Shown: positions 57,401 through 63,400 of the stretch, piece after piece | How the letters are laid out: each line of letters opens with the position of its first letter | Position numbering within the stretch: position 1 is the stretch's first letter | Assembly: GCA_976551045.1 (NCBI GenBank) | Contig: CDPCPM010000030.1 | Span: forward strand, 2,356,001 to 2,420,000 | Direction of reading: 5' to 3' | From: Glaucostegus cemiculus | Lineage: Eukaryota | DNA length: 64,000 nucleotides | The notes under the pieces: model-generated | The model's database searches: none | Seen by the model: only the letters and a program-made list of their open reading frames with translations | What the model was told of the DNA's origin: nothing | Made by a program: the position numbers and the translations under genes

Positions 57401-60400
57401 CTCTGTGCTGATCTTCAGTATCATTTGAGGTCTGCACGCCTGTCAATCAGCACCTTGCTAGGAGCCTCATTCATAGGACTGAATGAGATTGGTTGACAAC
57501 CAGAACATCAGATTTTAGACCTGAGCTGTGGTAACTGTGGGAGTATTAGTGGTCACATGGGGATGTAAAATTGAGCTACAGAAATGAAACGGATATGGGT
57601 GAGGGGTCGGACGAGAGTCTGAACTGGTGCTGAGAGCCAGGGTTGACAATTAGTTGAAAGATTATGAACTTCACTTTGTTCACAGGCATAGACATCAGGA
57701 AATGAGGGTATGGTGGATCACTTGTCGAGCCTGCGCTGATCGAATATGAGGTGTTTCAATGGTGTGGCTGAGGGATAGGAGACAGGCCATTTTTTGGGTG
57801 GTTGGCAGGTACTCCTGGTGATTTGATGCACAGCTGGGGGGGGGTGGTGTTTGGAAAGCTCTGGACATTTGGTGCTTGAGAATATTGGACGCTCCGTTGA
57901 GGTTGTTGAATTTGGGTTGTGCGGGGAATAAGGGAGATCATGCACTGTTGCGGTATGAGAGGGTGTTTTATTGGTTTGGGCATAGGTGAATGATCGAGGT
58001 TTGAAGCAGTTCTGGGTCTTTCTGGATAGCTTGTGTCGTGGAACAAAGACTGGGGACAGGAACTGGGGGAGGCTTTGTTACCTTTTGAAGTTAGAAACAC
58101 AGTGGGTGTTGAAGAGGGTCAAGCCGATTGATGAATGCAGAGAATGGGTGTGACTGGGAGAGTTATTGACTGACTGAGGTCGGAGTTGAGGACAGAGAGA
58201 AATGACTGGGAAAGGGTCTCGGGGAAAGATTGAGGAAGGAGTTATAGGACATGTGACAGGACGCAGAGGAGAGATTGCTGCAGAGCAAGGCGAGACACGA
58301 TCCCTGATTGACAGAAAAGCAACCAGAGTCTGCAGCTCTGGTATCAGTGCGTGGATCATTGAAGGGAACACTGATTCTCATGATCGGTCACAGAAGCCGA
58401 AATCTGTCTGTGAGTGAGAGGAGTGATCTGGATGGATAGAGCTGCGGAATGGAGAGTTATTGAGCGGAGAAGCAGACGTTTGTTTCTCCACAGTCCCAGC
58501 CCCTACTCCGCCAAACTCCTCTCCGAGTTTGATAACCTGCGTTGTTCCTTCTAATTGTCCATGTCGTTCTTCTTTTATTACAGTCCCAGGGACTTCCAAA
58601 ATGGACGATTCAGGAGGATCAGCGAATGGAGCTTCAACACAGGAGCCGTCTTCCAACCCAGCAGGAGACACGTCATCAGGTACCAAGACTGATATCAACG
58701 TGGTCATTCAGCGAAACTGTGTCCTCGAAGCTCTTGCGAACCATTCAAATGTTTTATGTGCATTTCAGTCGGACATGATTGATGGTGTTAGTTCTATCCA
58801 CGGCTGCCAAATTCAGCAATGCCTGAGACCTCTAAAAAAAGGCTGGTTGGCTTACACTACAAGGGCAGCCTTGGACGGAGGCTGGTGTAACTTATAATGT
58901 TGAGTTTCGTCAGCTTACAAATGAGGAGTACAGAAAACTGCTGTGTGTAGTCAAGGCATGGAAAGTGGCCGGTGACTGTGTTTGGTGTGACCTATAGGCA
59001 AGATTTGCAAGGGTCGGATGCACTTCCATGCCTCTGTTCCTTTATTCCAGAGCTGAAGACTTCCCCTATATACCAGCCGACTGGATCATCAACTGGAGAG
59101 CCCACGCAGGAACCGTCCTCTCTCCCCTTGAGCAATACAGACTCAGGTACTAAGTCTTGATTGTCTGATATTTCATGCGATCTCTCTGATTTTGTGATCT
59201 AGCTCATTGTAGACTGATATTCCTTCGTGTCGTGCATTGCAGCAAAGAGGTGAATGACGGTGTTGAATGTTTACCTCTCCCTTCTGTACACATCGTCAGT
59301 AGTAACTGAGGTCTGCACGGTTATCAATCGGCACCTTGGTATGTGCTTCATACATGTATCTGGATGAGACTTGTTGGCAGCCAGAGCAGCAGATCTGAAA
59401 CCTGAGGATTGGTAACTGGCAGAATTTGATTGCGGATCCTTCAGTCAATTCAGGAATAAATGGTACCTGGGTGAGAGAGCGGATAGGTGGCTTCACTGAT
59501 GCTGACAGCCAAGTTTGACATCCAGCTACTCGGTTATGAACATTAACTTCTTCACTGGCATGGATATCAGGAATTGTGGGCTTTGGGGTATCACTGTCTG
59601 ACCGTGGGATGTTTGAATATGAGAAGTTGGGATGATGTAACTGAGGGATAGGGGCTGTTCATCGTGTGGATGGGCTGGAATGCCTGGTGGTTTCAGGAGC
59701 AGATGGAGTGGTGGAAATACACTGGACCCTTGAACTGTAGTAATTAAGAGGGCACGATGTGGTTATTAACATTGACTAGATCGGAGTATCATAAAGTGTA
59801 TGAATTCTTCGTATATGGGATGATGTTCAAAGAATATTGCCTCAGAGAATGATCAGAGTATGAAGCATTGTTGAGCCTTAGTGAAAATCTTGTGTCCTGC
59901 AGCAATGACTTGTGTCAGTAATTGAGGTGTTCTTTGTTGGTGTTTGAGTGTGGTGACACTGAGTGTCGCAGTGTGTGAGGTAGAATGATATTTTGAGGCA
60001 GAGTTGTAACTGGGACCTGATGAACAGACGTATTTCAGAGAACACGACTGATGGTCGTTAGAGGGAATACTTCCTCGGGAAATCATTGAGGAAGGTGAAA
60101 GGTTGGGGTAGAGATTTTGCTCAAGAGAATGTGGTGACTGGGAATATGATGGCCTACAAACCCTCCAGAGTCTGCAAGCTCGGCATCAGCAGTATGAATG
60201 AGGAAAGGGAACAAAAGTCCCCATTTGGAGACACTGAAGCTGAACCTGGTTGTGCTGATGAGTGATCTGGAGGGTGGAGCTTCTGAAGCAAGAGATGCAT
60301 GATGTTGTTTTTTTCTGTGATCCAATCCCCTCATCTCCAATCACCTTTCCCAGTCTGATTTTCCTCCTTTGCAGCTTCCAATCTGCCATGTCTCACTCTC

Positions 60401-63400
60401 TTTATTCCAGTCCCAGAGACTTCCAAATCTGGTACTGGGATTGTACACGGTGTAATTGAGAAGATTGAGAGGGGATCTGATTTAAACATACTTGATTGTT
60501 AAGGGATTGGACAAGATAGATACGGGAAATATGTTCCAGATGTTGGGGAAGTCCAGAACCAGAGCGCATGAAAAAGGGGTTGGTCATTTAGGACAGTGGT
60601 GAGGAAAAACTTCTTCTCCCAGAGCGTTGTGAGTTTGTGGAACGCACTGCCTCAGAGGGAAGAGGAGGCCAGTTCGCTGGGCACTTTCAAGAAGGAGCTA
60701 GATAGGTCTCTTATAGATAGGGGAATCAAGGGATATGGGGACAAGGCAGGAACGGGATATTGAGTGTTGAAAAATCTGCCATTATCTCAAAATTGCGGAA
60801 GACTCGAAGGGCCGAATGGTCTTCTTCTGCTGATATTGTCTATTGCCTATTGTCTAGAACATACAATGTAACATAAATACTGGAGACGTCTTCTACCACA
60901 GCAGGAAACCAGTCCTCATGTACCAAGATTTATGTCAATTGGTCATTCTCTGAGGAAGTGACCTCGAGGCCACTGTCAACCATGCATTCATCAGATGTGG
61001 ATTTCAGCTTGACATTATTGATGGTTTTAGTTCCACCCAAGCTGCCAATTTCAGAAGTGCCTGAGACCTCTGAATATGGTGGGAGTACTTTCACAAATAA
61101 GAAACTTGGGGCAGTGGCTTCTCCAGATCACTGTGTGGAGGTGGGACTGTGGACCTAGCTAGAGGGCCGAGACCTGGTGTTTATCGTCAAGGGATAGCAA
61201 ATGTCCGGTGGGTGTGTTTGGAATGACATTCAGAAAGGATTTACACGATAATTTATTCGTTTATGAGCTGCACTGATTGGTCTGACTGCAGGCAACATGT
61301 CCTTCTATCAGAGGTGAATAGAGAGGACATCAATTCGGAAAGAGGTCATATAATAAGAAGGGATCACAGCAAGATGTCTGCACAACAGAGGACATTTGGT
61401 GTGTCTGTGTTTCGGGGAGCATAATGGAGTGTAAGTGCCCTGGAGTACACTGGACGTTAGGAAGTACCTGGTGGTTTCTGGTTCTGCACGTTGGTGGCCT
61501 TTGGATATCCCTGTGACATCAGAGTGCACAACGCGTCGGATGCGCTCCCACACCTCTGTTTCTTTGTTCCAGACCTACAGAGTTCGGCAATGGAAGGGCC
61601 AAGTAGATCATCAACTGGAGAGCCCACGAAGATACAGTCCTCTGTCCCCTTAATTGAGACAGCCTCAGGTACCAAGTCTTGAATGTCTGAAGTTTCACAC
61701 CATCTCTCTGATTCTGTGATATATCACCTCTTGCAGACTGAATCAACATCGTGTCGTGCATTGCAGCAGGGAGGTGAATGACGGTGTTGGTTGTTTATCC
61801 TTCACTCTGTGCCTATCGTCATTAGCATCCTAGCTCTCAACCGTGGACCTTCAGACTCTTGGAATGAGACTCATTCACGTGTAAAGATGAGATCTGTTGG
61901 CAGTCAGAGCAGCAGATCTGAGTCCTGAGGGTTGGTAACTGGAGGATGTTTCATTCAACCTCAGGAATAAATGGCATCTCGGTGAGGGAGCGGACGGGTG
62001 GCTTCGCTGATACTGACAGTCAAGGTTGACAACCAACATCAGATTTATCAATATCAATTTGTTCAATGGCATGGATATCAGGAAAAGTAGGATTTACGGG
62101 ATCACTTGCTCAGCCTTGGATTATAGAATGTGAGGAATTTGAATGTTGAGGCTGAGCGATAGGAGACTGACCATCCTGTGGGACAGCTGGTAGCCTTGTG
62201 GATTCAGGCACAGATGGAGGGGTGGAAATAAACTGGGCACTTGAACTGTGCGAAGATATTAGTGTACGTGGAAGTTATTGTCTTCCGGAGACCTGGGGTA
62301 TCATAGAGTCTATGAATCTTTGGGGTATCGGAGGGTGTTCTGGCATGTGGACATCAGAGTCTGATGCGCGCATGCAGCAATGTGGAGTCCTTATGCAAAG
62401 CTTGTGTCGTGGAGCAATGACGGGGGTCACTAACTGCGGTTGTCTTCGGTGGCCTTTGAGTCTGGTGGCACTGAGTGTTGGAGAGGGAGAGGGAGAATGA
62501 TGACTTGAGGGAGAGGGTGTAACTTGGAGAGGAATGGAAAGACAGGTCAGAGAGGAGGACTGATGGAGATTAGAGGCAACAATTCCTCAGGAAATGATTG
62601 AGGAATGTGGGACGGTTGCTGTGACAGGATGGAGGGGAGAGATTGCTGTGCAGAATGGAGTGACACAATCCCTGATTGAGAACAAACCCACCAGAGTCGG
62701 CAAGCTGTGGTATCAGCAGTCTAGATGATTGAAGTGAAAACGAATACCCAAGTTCATGCACTGAAGCTGAAACTGGCTGGGACAGAGGGGAGTGATCTGG
62801 AGGGAGAAAGATTCTGAAGGGAGCGGTATTGAACAGAGATGCATGATGTTTGCTTTGCCAAATCTACAGTCGCCTCTTTCCCTCACATCTTTCACAGTCT
62901 GATTTCCTGCTTTGCAGCTTCCGGTATCCCATGTATTTCTTCCTTTATTCCATTCCCAGAGACGTCTATGAGAGAACAGTACAATGGAGCATCAACACAG
63001 GAGGCATCTACAATCCCAGCAGAAAATACGTCTTCAGGGACCAAGACATATGTCAATGGGGTTATTCAACCACGATGTGGCCTGGAAGCTCCTGTGAACC
63101 ATGCATTTGTTAGATGTGCATTGCAGCTTGACACGATGGATGGTGTCAGTTCCACCCCTGCTGCTAATTTCAGAAGTGCTTGAGACCTCTGAAAATGGTG
63201 GATGCACTTTCCTGGAATGTGCAAGCATAGACACGAAGATAACAGGGATCCCCAAATTCCGGCACTGTCCTTCCAGATCACAGCTCACAGTCACAGCCAG
63301 GTTCAGCTTCAGAGATCCCGAAGGGAGAGATATTGAACGGTGATGCATGGTGTTGGTTTTCCACAGATGCAAACTTTCCCAAATTCGCAGTCTGATTGTC

